Assembly (NCBI GenBank): GCA_934660865.1
Contig: CAKUIA010000004.1
Span: forward strand, 84,237 to 116,236
Length of the DNA: 32,000 nt
Source of the DNA: an uncultured Opitutales bacterium
GTDB taxonomy: Bacteria; Verrucomicrobiota; Verrucomicrobiia; Opitutales; Intestinicryptomonadaceae
Direction: 5' to 3'
In this document: piece after piece, positions 23,523 through 31,949 of the stretch
How the letters are laid out: the number at the start of each line of letters is the position of its first letter
Position numbering within the stretch: the stretch's first letter is position 1
Position numbers and translations under genes: made by a program
The notes under the pieces: generated by a model
What the model was told of the DNA's origin: nothing
Database searches by the model: none
What the model saw: only the letters and a program-made list of their open reading frames with translations

Positions 23523-23855
23523 GTGGAAATATCTAAAGAGCAAATAAACGACGTAACCGTACTTTCGCCCAAGGGCAAATTGAATGTAACGACGGTTGCA
23601 GATTTGGAAAAAGAATTTGAAAAATGCTTCGAAGACGGCGTAAAAAAGCTTGTTGTAGACTGCCTTGAACTCGAATATATAAGCAGCGCGGGGCTAAGAG
23701 CTTTGCTGGCGGCCGCAAAACAGCTTAAAAAGTCGAACGGCACAATAGTTTTGTCGAGCCTTAGCGCGAACGTAAAGCAGGTTTTCGAAATCTCGGGCTT
23801 TACAAGCATATTCCCGATACACGCGTCTAAAGACGAAGCGGTAAAGTCGTTTTAG
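23523..23855 (+). CDS. STAS-domain anti-sigma-factor antagonist (SpoIIAA/RsbV-like)
   Basis: 110 aa with a GTG start preceded by AAGGA. There is no in-frame ATG anywhere in the ORF. ...LVVDCLELEYISSAGLRALLAAAKQLKKSNGTIVLSSLSANVKQVFEISGF contains the conserved phosphorylatable Ser context (ISSAG). Confidence 0.85.
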   Translation: MEISKEQINDVTVLSPKGKLNVTTVADLEKEFEKCFEDGVKKLVVDCLELEYISSAGLRALLAAAKQLKKSNGTIVLSSLSANVKQVFEISGFTSIFPIHASKDEAVKSF

Positions 23856-23965
23856 TCGGCTTAAAAAAAAGCCCGTTTTTTGGGCGACGAAATGCGGCGG
23901 GCTTTCCGCCACGCGTTTTGTGCGCGCATTTGGCAAACACCTTTAAACACAATTTACACATCTAT

Positions 23966-25456
23966 ATGGCAGAAAAAACAGCTATTACCCCCACTAGGGC
24001 GCAAGACTATCCCGAATGGTACCAACAGGTTATAAAGGCATCTCAACTGGCGGAAACCAGCCCCGTAAGAGGCTGCATGGTAATTAAGCCCAACGGCTAC
24101 GCCCTTTGGGAAAACATGCAAAAGGCGCTCGACAAAGCCTTCAAAGACACGGGGCACAAAAACGCGTATTTCCCCCTCTTTATTCCCGTAAGCTTTTTGC
24201 AGAAAGAGGCCGAACACGTAGAGGGCTTTGCAAAGGAATGCGCCGTTGTAACACATTCCAAACTTGAAATGAAAGACGGCAAGCTCGTTCCCGCCTCGCC
24301 GTTGGAAGAGCCTTTGATTGTTCGCCCCACTTCCGAAACCATTATCGGCGAAATGTATTCGAGGTGGGTGCAGTCGTATAGAGACTTGCCCATTTTGATA
24401 AACCAGTGGGCAAACGTTGTAAGGTGGGAAATGCGCACGCGCCTGTTTTTGCGCACCGCAGAATTTTTGTGGCAGGAGGGCCACACCGCACACGCCACCA
24501 AGCAGGAGGCCATAGACGAAACCGAAAAAATGCTTAAAGTTTACGCCGACTTTGCCAAAAACTATATGGCAATGCCCGTAATTTGCGGCCAAAAAACCGA
24601 GGGCGAAAAATTCCCCGGGGCGGTTCACACCTACTGCATAGAGGCCATGATGCAAGACGGCAAGGCCCTTCAGGCGGGAACATCGCACTTTTTGGGGCAA
24701 AACTTTGCAAAGGCAAGCAACATAAAGTTTTTGGCCGAAAGCGGCAAAACCGAATTTGCGTGGACTACCTCGTGGGGCGTTTCGACAAGGCTTATAGGCG
24801 GGCTTATAATGACCCATTCCGACGACAACGGTTTGGTGTTGCCGCCAATGCTGGCTCCCGTTCACGTTGTGATAATTCCCGTTATACACAAAGAGCAGGA
24901 CAAAGCCGCGGTTATGGACTATTGCCAAAAGCTAAAGGAGGCCCTGCAAAACGAAATTTTCGACAACAAGCCCGTTTCGGTAGAGCTAGACGCGCGCGAT
25001 ATGCGCGGCGGCGAAAAGAACTGGTATTGGGTAAAGTGCGGCGTTCCGCTAAGGGTTGAAGTTGGCCCGCGCGACATTGCAAACGATTCGGTATTTGTAG
25101 GCCGAAGAGACTGCGACAAAAAGCAGGCGTTTAAGCGCGGCGAATTTGTCGAAAATGTTTCGGCAACCCTAAGTGAAATGCAAAACGGCCTTTACGAAAG
25201 GGCGTTAAAGCGACTGCACGACAACACAAAGGTTATAACCAGCAAGGAAGACTTTTACGACTACTTTGCCGACGGCAAGCCCTGTGGCTTTGCGCTGGCG
25301 CACTACAACGGCTCGGCCGAGGTGGAAGATATGCTCAGGAAAGACCTAAAAGTTACGGTGCGCTGCATACCATTTGAAGGCGACAAAAGCGAAGGAACCT
25401 GCATATTTACGGGGCAGCCCAGCAAGCAAATGGTTGTTTTTGCAAAATCGTACTAA
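23966..25456 (+). CDS. proS: Proline--tRNA ligase (archaeal/eukaryote-like type, about 496 aa)
   Basis: MAEKTAITPTRAQDYPEWYQQVIKASQLAETSPVRGCMVIKPNGYALWENMQ...YFPLFIP...VRPTSET...WANVVRWEMRTRLFLRTAEFLWQEGHTAH...GTSHFLGQNFA are class II ProRS motifs. The ATG at 23966 is preferred over the upstream ATG at 23918 that heads the track ORF. Confidence 0.95.
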   Translation: MAEKTAITPTRAQDYPEWYQQVIKASQLAETSPVRGCMVIKPNGYALWENMQKALDKAFKDTGHKNAYFPLFIPVSFLQKEAEHVEGFAKECAVVTHSKLEMKDGKLVPASPLEEPLIVRPTSETIIGEMYSRWVQSYRDLPILINQWANVVRWEMRTRLFLRTAEFLWQEGHTAHATKQEAIDETEKMLKVYADFAKNYMAMPVICGQKTEGEKFPGAVHTYCIEAMMQDGKALQAGTSHFLGQNFAKASNIKFLAESGKTEFAWTTSWGVSTRLIGGLIMTHSDDNGLVLPPMLAPVHVVIIPVIHKEQDKAAVMDYCQKLKEALQNEIFDNKPVSVELDARDMRGGEKNWYWVKCGVPLRVEVGPRDIANDSVFVGRRDCDKKQAFKRGEFVENVSATLSEMQNGLYERALKRLHDNTKVITSKEDFYDYFADGKPCGFALAHYNGSAEVEDMLRKDLKVTVRCIPFEGDKSEGTCIFTGQPSKQMVVFAKSY

Positions 25457-25480
25457 ATTAAAAACAAGCTCCATTCACAA

Positions 25481-25518
25481 AAAAGCTCCCTTACACGGGA
25501 GCTTTTTTGTGTTTTTTG
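25481..25518 (+). terminator. Intrinsic terminator of proS
   Basis: AAAAGCTCCC-TTACAC-GGGAGCTTTT is followed by TTGTGTTTTTTG. Confidence 0.7.
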
Positions 25519-25551
25519 CCCAAACGAATTTATTTAAAACAACCGAACACG

Positions 25552-25586
25552 GAAAAGCCCGCAAAAAATTGCGGGCTTTGTTTTTA
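25552..25586. terminator. Bidirectional hairpin terminator (end of the GH97 transcription unit; second stop for proS)
   Basis: AAAGCCCGCAA-AAAA-TTGCGGGCTTT gives an 11-bp stem. On the plus strand GTTTTTA follows, and on the minus strand UUUUCC follows. It lies 19 nt downstream of the GH97 stop. Confidence 0.55.
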
Positions 25587-25604
25587 TGAGAATAAAAAAG
25601 TTTG

Positions 25605-27575
25605 CTATTTTTTGACAATCTTTACGGCCGCCCCGCCAAACTTTGCAAGGTTAAGCTTTAAAGTATCGCCTTTTTTTACGGCAAGGACTTTTTTAGTGTA
25701 GCTATTGGGGTCTTTGTCGCAATTTACGCCGTCGGCAAAAACGGTTGCCTCGTATTGTCCGTCGTCTAAAAAGTCTAAATCTATCTTAAAGTTTTGGGCG
25801 TTTTTGTCGGTAATTGCGCCTATGTACCAGTTTTTGCCGCTTTGGCGGGCAATGGCAACATATTCGCCGAACTTTGCGTTAAGCACTTTTGTATTGTCCC
25901 ACACGGTGGGGGTTTGCGCGATAAACTCGGCAACGTCCATCTTCTTTTGATATTCGGTGGGGGTATCGCACAACATCTGGCAGGGAGCATAGTATAACAC
26001 ATACAAGGCCATTTCGTTGCAAAGCGTGCCCATGCCGAAAGGCATGGAGTTGCTTATTATAACCTGTTCGGGTTTCTTTAAGGCGGGCAGCTGCCTGCGC
26101 ATAGCCCCCGGGGTAAAGTCCATAGGCCCGCACAACATTCTTGTAAACACCAAGTCTATTTTATGGCGCGGCGTTTGCTTGTCCGACCATTTGTTCCATT
26201 CGTTGCCCAAAACGCCCTCGTAGTTTACAATGTTAGGATAGGTTCTGTCCAACCCCACGGGCTTGGGACAACCGTGATAGTCAAGCACAAGCTTTCTTTC
26301 GGCGGCTGCCTTGGCTACGTTTTCAAAAAAGTCCATGGCGTTTTGGTCGTCTCTGTCCATAAAGTCTATTTTTAAGCCCGCAATGCCCCAATTTTTTACC
26401 CTGTCTAAAAAGGTTGTATAGTCGGGCTGCATGCCGCGCGAAGAACCCCACAGGATAACGTCTACATTCTTCGACTTCGCATATTTTACCAATTCGGGAA
26501 TGTCTATTACAGTTTCGCCGTAGCCCTCGGTGTCGTAGCCCTTTTCGCCCTGCTTAAGCCAGCCTGCGTCTACAACCAAAAACGGAGCTTTTACGCCGGC
26601 GGCAAAATCTATGTATTTTTTGTAGGTTTCAAAATTTACGCCCGTTTTAAAATCGGCGTTTTCAAGATTCCAGTCATTCCACCACTCCCAGGCGGCCGAG
26701 CCGAACTTTATCCAGCTTGTGTCTTTAAGCGCGCAGGGTTCGGCCAGTTTGTATACTATATTGTTGTCTGCCAAAACGGCGTCGTTTTCGGCGATAAGGA
26801 ATATGCGCCACGGGAAGGGTCTGTCGGCCTTTGTTTGGGCGATATAATCGGCTCTTTCCCTTACAACGTAGGCAACGTGGCCAACTCTTTCTATTTTGGT
26901 GGGATATTTTGCAAACGCGCCCGTAAGAGGAGATTTACCCGTTTGCATTGTAAAATTCATTTGCGGGTAGCTTCTGGTGTCGGATTCCAATACTGCAACC
27001 TTCGCGTTTTTCGCCTGAACAATCAATGGCAGCGAAATCATTTTTTCCCTATACAAATTGCCTATTGTTGTGGGCGTAAAAAGCGATTCGTAGCTGTGGC
27101 AAAAGCCGTCTATAATGTGGGCATAGGCCTTGCTGTTGGGGTCGAATTTGTACGAGGCAACTTCGTCGAAAACCGTAAGGGGGGCGTCTTTTTCACCCTT
27201 CGACACAAAGCGGTAGGCAACGGCGTCGCAATAAAGCCTGAACTGCAAGTCGAAGTTTTCGAAATTAAAGGTAAATTCTCTGTAGTTGTCGGCAATTTCG
27301 GCGCGCGTACCGTGAACTGTCTTTATAACGCCGCTGTGCGATTTTTCGGAAACGCCCAGCAGCTTCGACTGCACGCCGAAAGCGCCGCGGCTTGTAATCA
27401 TTGCAATTCTTGCATTCGGGACAACCTCTTTGCCGTCGTATTTAACCGAAAATTCTATTCCGTTTTCAATATTTACGTTTACGCAAATGTCGCCGTTTTT
27501 AATTTCCCTCTTTTCCGCAAAAAGCGATGCAAACGCGGTAAAGAACCCCATAGATATAACGAATAACTTTTTCAT
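25605..27575 (-). CDS. Secreted glycoside hydrolase family 97 (alpha-glucosidase / alpha-galactosidase-like)
   Basis: 656 aa from MKKLFVISMGFFTAFASLFA (signal peptide). ...GSAAWEWWNDWN..., ...GIAGLKIDFMDRDDQNAMDFF... and ...YEGVLGNEWNKW... are characteristic GH97 blocks. Confidence 0.88.
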   Translation of the reverse strand: MKKLFVISMGFFTAFASLFAEKREIKNGDICVNVNIENGIEFSVKYDGKEVVPNARIAMITSRGAFGVQSKLLGVSEKSHSGVIKTVHGTRAEIADNYREFTFNFENFDLQFRLYCDAVAYRFVSKGEKDAPLTVFDEVASYKFDPNSKAYAHIIDGFCHSYESLFTPTTIGNLYREKMISLPLIVQAKNAKVAVLESDTRSYPQMNFTMQTGKSPLTGAFAKYPTKIERVGHVAYVVRERADYIAQTKADRPFPWRIFLIAENDAVLADNNIVYKLAEPCALKDTSWIKFGSAAWEWWNDWNLENADFKTGVNFETYKKYIDFAAGVKAPFLVVDAGWLKQGEKGYDTEGYGETVIDIPELVKYAKSKNVDVILWGSSRGMQPDYTTFLDRVKNWGIAGLKIDFMDRDDQNAMDFFENVAKAAAERKLVLDYHGCPKPVGLDRTYPNIVNYEGVLGNEWNKWSDKQTPRHKIDLVFTRMLCGPMDFTPGAMRRQLPALKKPEQVIISNSMPFGMGTLCNEMALYVLYYAPCQMLCDTPTEYQKKMDVAEFIAQTPTVWDNTKVLNAKFGEYVAIARQSGKNWYIGAITDKNAQNFKIDLDFLDDGQYEATVFADGVNCDKDPNSYTKKVLAVKKGDTLKLNLAKFGGAAVKIVKK

Positions 27576-27647
27576 TGGGGACAAGTAAATATAGCCTACT
27601 GCCAATACTCAAGAATAAAAATTTTTGCGCGGCAAAAAAGCGGGCGG

Positions 27648-28976
27648 CTACATTTTGCGCTTGCCCGCAAGCTTTGCTATTTTCGACTTTTTTTTGAAAT
27701 TGCCGAAGCTGTCGCGCTTTTCGCCGAAGTCGCGCTTAAAAGTTCTGTTCTTTTTGCTGTTTTTTATTTCCTCTTTGCTGGGCGGACGCGGGGGTTTACA
27801 TTTCATATCAAGCAGCCTGCGGCTAAAATACGGATTTTCGCTTTCCGAAGCTACGGGGATTTCCTTTTTTATCAACCGCTCTATTGGCTTTAAAAGCCAC
27901 AAATCCTTGTCGCAGCAAAAGCTTACCGCCACCCCCGAAAGATTTGCGCGCGCGGTTCGGCCTATTCTGTGCACATAGTTTTCTATTTCGGCGGGAAGGT
28001 CGTAGTTTACAACCAGCGACATGTCTTTTACGTCTATGCCCCTTGCCGCAATGTCGGTTGCCGCCAACACCCTAACTTGGCGGCTTTTGAACATATTAAG
28101 CGAACGCTGGCGGCTTGTCTGCGTTTTGTCGCCGTGAATGCACATTGTTTCGACGCCCGCCTTTGTAAGTCTTTTGGCTATCGACGACGCCTGCCGTTTG
28201 GTTTTCGAGAACACCAAAATAAGGCTGTCGGGCCTGTCCTTAAAAGTTTTGTCTACCAAATGTTTTAAAAGCTCGAACTTGTGCTCGCTTTCGACAAAAA
28301 ACAGTTTCTGCTCTATGCGGTCGGCAGTGGGCTTGTCGGGCGCAATGCTTATAGATTCTGCGTCGTCTTTTACGATGAATTTTGCCAATTCCTTAACTTC
28401 GGGCGAAAGCGTTGCCGAAAAAAGCAGACTTTGCCTTTTAAAAGGCAGCATTCTGGCAATTCTTCGTATGTCGGGCAAAAAGCCCATATCCAACATTCTG
28501 TCGGCTTCGTCCAAAACAAGAAATTCAACTTTCGACAAATCGGCCAACTTTTGGTTTTTAAGGTCTATAAGGCGCCCGGGGGTGGCAACTACAATGTCTA
28601 CGCCCTCCTCCAGCGCCCTAACCTGCGGCTTTTGCGAAACGCCGCCGTATATTTTGCGCACCTTTATGTCGGTAAATTTTGCGTAGGCTTCCATATTTTG
28701 GGCAACCTGCTCGGCAAGCTCCCTTGTAGGCAGCAAAACCAGCGCCCTAAAAGAAAGGGGCTGCCTGTCCTTTTTGTCTTTAAGCAGTTCGGCTATAATC
28801 GGCAGCGCAAAGGCCGCCGTTTTACCCGTGCCCGTTTGCGCGCATGCAAAAAGGTCTTTATGCTCCATAACAAGCGGTATGGCCTTTTGCTGTATAGGCG
28901 ACGGCGTTTCATAGCCCATCTGTTCTATTGCCGACAACAATTCGTCGGGCAAATTTAGCTCTTTAAAAAATTGCAT
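27648..28976 (-). CDS. DEAD-box ATP-dependent RNA helicase (RhlE-like, basic C-terminal tail)
   Basis: It has a Q-motif (GYETPSPIQQKAIP), AQTGTGKTAAF, PTRELA, DEADRMLDMGF, SAT and HRIGRTARA, plus a Lys/Arg-rich C-terminus. Confidence 0.93.
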   Translation of the reverse strand: MQFFKELNLPDELLSAIEQMGYETPSPIQQKAIPLVMEHKDLFACAQTGTGKTAAFALPIIAELLKDKKDRQPLSFRALVLLPTRELAEQVAQNMEAYAKFTDIKVRKIYGGVSQKPQVRALEEGVDIVVATPGRLIDLKNQKLADLSKVEFLVLDEADRMLDMGFLPDIRRIARMLPFKRQSLLFSATLSPEVKELAKFIVKDDAESISIAPDKPTADRIEQKLFFVESEHKFELLKHLVDKTFKDRPDSLILVFSKTKRQASSIAKRLTKAGVETMCIHGDKTQTSRQRSLNMFKSRQVRVLAATDIAARGIDVKDMSLVVNYDLPAEIENYVHRIGRTARANLSGVAVSFCCDKDLWLLKPIERLIKKEIPVASESENPYFSRRLLDMKCKPPRPPSKEEIKNSKKNRTFKRDFGEKRDSFGNFKKKSKIAKLAGKRKM

Positions 28977-28979
28977 ATC

Positions 28980-29975
28980 CTATTTTGCGCCGCCTTTCGG
29001 GGCGGCCTGCTCTCTAAATTCTTTGGGGACGGGGTTTATCTCCAAAATTTTTACAATAATCCACAAGCCCAAAACCGTCATGCCCAAAACGAAGTAGCCT
29101 GCGGCGTCGTGCACAAACCCCGCAATGGAATCGGGCCCGTTTTCGTAGGCGTATACCGAAAGGAACAGCGCCCTTAATATGTTGTTGAAAAACGCCAACA
29201 TCATCGAAGAAAGCACCAAAAAAACCTTCTTCCAGGTTTTTTTAAGGAAAACCGCCGCCAAAAAAGTTCCCGCAAAAAGGCATGCCGTAAGGCTTCGTAT
29301 GCCGCTGCAGGCGTCGGCAACGCCGACCTGGCCGTTTGGGAAGCTAAGAACATTGCCGTTTAGCCTGACTATATAGCCCAAAGTATCCATTATTGTTGTC
29401 GTAATTACGGCCACTTTCGAAAGCAAAAACAGGCTTATTTTTGTCTCTATAACCGAAAACATGGGGGCCGCAACCAAAAGCGAAAAGCACGGGAATACAA
29501 ACAGCGACAAAAACGCCAATCTTTCGCCGAGCGCTTTTCTTTGCCCCGCCGAATTTTGCGCCGAGGCAAAATACGCAAACGAAAACGACAGGAAACAAAA
29601 GCAAAATGTTGCCGCCGTTCCGCAAATGCCCCAGTTTTGCGTTATCGAAAAAAGCAGCATAAAAAGCAGGTACATTACAAACGAACACGCAAACATTGCG
29701 CCGAAAAACCCGCCTGCAAAAAACCTTTTAATTTTCGGCGAATTTTCGGCTTTTGCGGGCGAATTGTAGTAGCCGAGAATCGCGTCCTTTCTGTCGTATA
29801 GCACAAACAGTATGAATAGCGGGGCTATGTAGCCGAAAGAATAGTCGGCCCTGGTGTCCCACGAATATGCCAAAATTCTGCACACCGAAAAGCCCATAAC
29901 CAAAAAGGCGGCAAAGAACGCCTGCGGCAGAATAGGCAGCCTAAAAAACGCGTATTTTTCCCTAAGTTTGTCCAT
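28980..29975 (-). CDS. Exosortase (EpsH/Xrt family transpeptidase)
   Basis: This is a polytopic membrane protein with the catalytic-triad contexts ADACSGIRSL (Cys), FNNILRALF (Arg) and FVHDAAGY (His). Its stop lies 3 nt before the helicase ATG. Confidence 0.85.
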   Translation of the reverse strand: MDKLREKYAFFRLPILPQAFFAAFLVMGFSVCRILAYSWDTRADYSFGYIAPLFILFVLYDRKDAILGYYNSPAKAENSPKIKRFFAGGFFGAMFACSFVMYLLFMLLFSITQNWGICGTAATFCFCFLSFSFAYFASAQNSAGQRKALGERLAFLSLFVFPCFSLLVAAPMFSVIETKISLFLLSKVAVITTTIMDTLGYIVRLNGNVLSFPNGQVGVADACSGIRSLTACLFAGTFLAAVFLKKTWKKVFLVLSSMMLAFFNNILRALFLSVYAYENGPDSIAGFVHDAAGYFVLGMTVLGLWIIVKILEINPVPKEFREQAAPKGGAK

Positions 29976-29984
29976 ATTTGCAAA

Positions 29985-30698
29985 TTACTTTTGGTACAAT
30001 ATAAGCTTTCCCAAAGCGTCCATTACGGTTAAAAAGTCTTTGTTTTGCATAAGCTGGTAGATATCCTGCGAAGAATCTACCCTGACAAAATAGCACTCGG
30101 GCGAAACGGTAAACGCGTCGCGCAGCATATTTTGAAAATATTTTTTAAGCGACGGGATTGCGTTGTCGCTTGTGCCGTAGTCGTAGCGCTTGCCGTTTAC
30201 TACAAACCAAAAAACAACGTTGCGCCGCGCTATGCCCGAATCGGTCTTATAGGCAAATTCCCTGTAATAGGCGGACATAAGTTTTTTGCCGTTTACCGAA
30301 AAAACCTCGTTGAACTTCTTTTTTTGCTCTATGTTTTTCCAGCCGTTTTCAACCCAGCACCTGTCGGGCGTATGCGCCGAGGCCCTTATTGTAGACTCTT
30401 TGCCCTCGCCCCAATAGGAGATATACACGGTAAATTCGGTGCCGTTGCCGTCGCTGTAGCTGCGGTTGAAATATTCGCTTACCGCCAAATATTTTTCGGC
30501 GGCCCTTGCAACCTCTTCGGTATTGCCAAGCGGCTTTTCCTTCGAGGTAAACGCGCCAACCTTTTCGGGTATTATCGCGTTCATATGCCCCGCGGGTTTT
30601 TCGGCTTTTGGCTGGGCGGCAAAATTTACCCTTACAAATGCCAATAAAACACCTACAACTGCGGCAAAAAGCGCAAGCGCAACAAAAAACTTCTTCAT
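29985..30698 (-). CDS. EpsI-family exosortase-associated protein
   Basis: It has an N-terminal anchor (MKKFFVALALFAAVVGVLLAF). The EpsI hallmark is SAHTPDRCWVENGW (H.P..C...GW). It ends 9 nt before the exosortase start. Confidence 0.78.
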   Translation of the reverse strand: MKKFFVALALFAAVVGVLLAFVRVNFAAQPKAEKPAGHMNAIIPEKVGAFTSKEKPLGNTEEVARAAEKYLAVSEYFNRSYSDGNGTEFTVYISYWGEGKESTIRASAHTPDRCWVENGWKNIEQKKKFNEVFSVNGKKLMSAYYREFAYKTDSGIARRNVVFWFVVNGKRYDYGTSDNAIPSLKKYFQNMLRDAFTVSPECYFVRVDSSQDIYQLMQNKDFLTVMDALGKLILYQK

Positions 30699-30774
30699 TC
30701 CTAAAATATTGCAAAAAACCTGAATGTTTTGTCAATACTAAGAAAGCCGGGCTTTGCGACGCCCGACGCAAAAA

Positions 30775-30812
30775 GCAAAACCCGCGCAAAGCAAACTGCG
30801 CGGGCTTTTTTT
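30775..30812 (-). terminator. Intrinsic terminator after potD
   Basis: CCCGCGCA-AAGCAAAC-TGCGCGGG gives an 8-bp GC stem. On the minus strand UUUUGCUUUUU follows, and there is a T-tract on the plus side too. Confidence 0.6.
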
Positions 30813-30834
30813 AAAACAATGCCTTTGGGCGGAA

Positions 30835-31887
30835 TTAGTTTACCTTTTCAAGCTTAACTTCGTCCCACAGCTTTATAAGCTTGTTGTTGTTGTCGCCCAG
30901 GTCCAAAATTATCTCGGCGTTGTAAAGCTCGTCGGAAAGCTTTAGCCCCGGGTGGTTTTGAAGCGACTTGTCTACCAATTCCAGCGCGCCGTCTACGGGC
31001 GAATGGTAGTAGGTTACCTCCATATTTTTGGCGGCAACGTCTTTTCTGCACAAAAAGTCTATGAATTTATATGCCAATTCCTTGTTCTTAGAGGCGCTTA
31101 AAATTGCAAGGTTGTCGCTGGAAATGCTTGTGCCTTCCTTCGGAATCATAAAATCCAAATCCTTTCTGTCTTCGAAAATCTGGAACAAGTCGCCGCTATA
31201 GCCCTGCACAATGTAGAACTCGCCCGAGGAAAGGCCGTTTTTGTACACTTCGTTGTCGAACTTGGCCAAATTTTTCTTCCACTTAAGGAGCTGTTCCTTT
31301 GCCTTGGCAAGCGCCGCGTCGTCGGTGGTGTTCATAGAATAGCCCAAAAACTTAAGCGCCGCCCCTATAGATTCGCGGAAGTCGTCCAGCATTGTCATTC
31401 TCGATTTATATTCGGTTTTCGAGAAAACGTCCCACGTATTTTCTATTTTGCCGACTTTGTCTTTGTTGTAGGCAACGCATGTGTAGCTTACAAGATACGG
31501 AACGCAGTATTCCATATTTTTGTCGAACGCCAGCTTTTCCAAAAACTTTTTGTTTATGTTGGCCTTGGCGTTGCCGAGTTTGCCCAAATCGAGCTTGTCG
31601 ATAAGCTTTTCGGCATACATAATTTTAGCCATATAGCTTGTGGGAACTACAATATCGTAGCCGTCGGCGCCCGACTTTATTTTGGAGTACATAAGCTCGT
31701 TCGAGTCGAAAGTATCTACCCTAACCGTGCAGTTATTCTCCTTTTCGAAGGCCTTAACCATATCCATATCGATATAGTCCGACCAGTTATAGACGTTCAG
31801 AACGGGCTTTGACGGGCCGCAACCGAACATTAAACAAATGGCGGAAATTGCCGCCGCAATAAACAAGGACTGTTTTACCATCTTCAT
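30835..31887 (-). CDS. potD: Spermidine/putrescine ABC transporter substrate-binding lipoprotein
   Basis: It has a lipoprotein signal with lipobox (...ICLMFGC). LNVYNWSDYIDMDMVKAFEKENNCTVRVDTFDSNELMYSKIKSGADGYDIVVPTSY is the typical PotD/PotF N-terminal block. Confidence 0.88.
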   Translation of the reverse strand: MKMVKQSLFIAAAISAICLMFGCGPSKPVLNVYNWSDYIDMDMVKAFEKENNCTVRVDTFDSNELMYSKIKSGADGYDIVVPTSYMAKIMYAEKLIDKLDLGKLGNAKANINKKFLEKLAFDKNMEYCVPYLVSYTCVAYNKDKVGKIENTWDVFSKTEYKSRMTMLDDFRESIGAALKFLGYSMNTTDDAALAKAKEQLLKWKKNLAKFDNEVYKNGLSSGEFYIVQGYSGDLFQIFEDRKDLDFMIPKEGTSISSDNLAILSASKNKELAYKFIDFLCRKDVAAKNMEVTYYHSPVDGALELVDKSLQNHPGLKLSDELYNAEIILDLGDNNNKLIKLWDEVKLEKVN

Positions 31888-31949
31888 TTTTTGCCTTTTT
31901 TGTTTTTTAGGTTATTATTGGTTAGAATATAAAGCTTTTACCGCAAAAA

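Noticed and set aside
23856-23965. A possible terminator or regulatory hairpin after the STAS gene (GCCC-N7-GGGC; GGCGG-GCTTT-CCGCC then ACGCGTTTTG), or a proS leader such as a T-box.
   Set aside because: The stems are only 4-5 bp with a poor U-tract. The region is far too short and lacks specifier or T-box features. Nothing here can be supported.
23954-24928. A 324-aa minus-strand ORF inside proS.
   Set aside because: This is an antisense shadow ORF of a well-supported ProRS gene. It is rich in Gly, Arg, Phe and Val, has low complexity and has no domain signature.
26835-27566. A 243-aa plus-strand ORF antisense to GH97. Similar long antisense ORFs lie at 28281-28958 (helicase), 30045-30647 (EpsI), 10287-10859 (GH92), 20441-20974 and 21122-21655 (oxidoreductase).
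   Set aside because: All lie fully within confidently called genes on the other strand and show shadow-ORF composition. Long antisense ORFs of this kind are commonly seen opposite confidently coding genes, and nothing in their sequence suggests independent coding.
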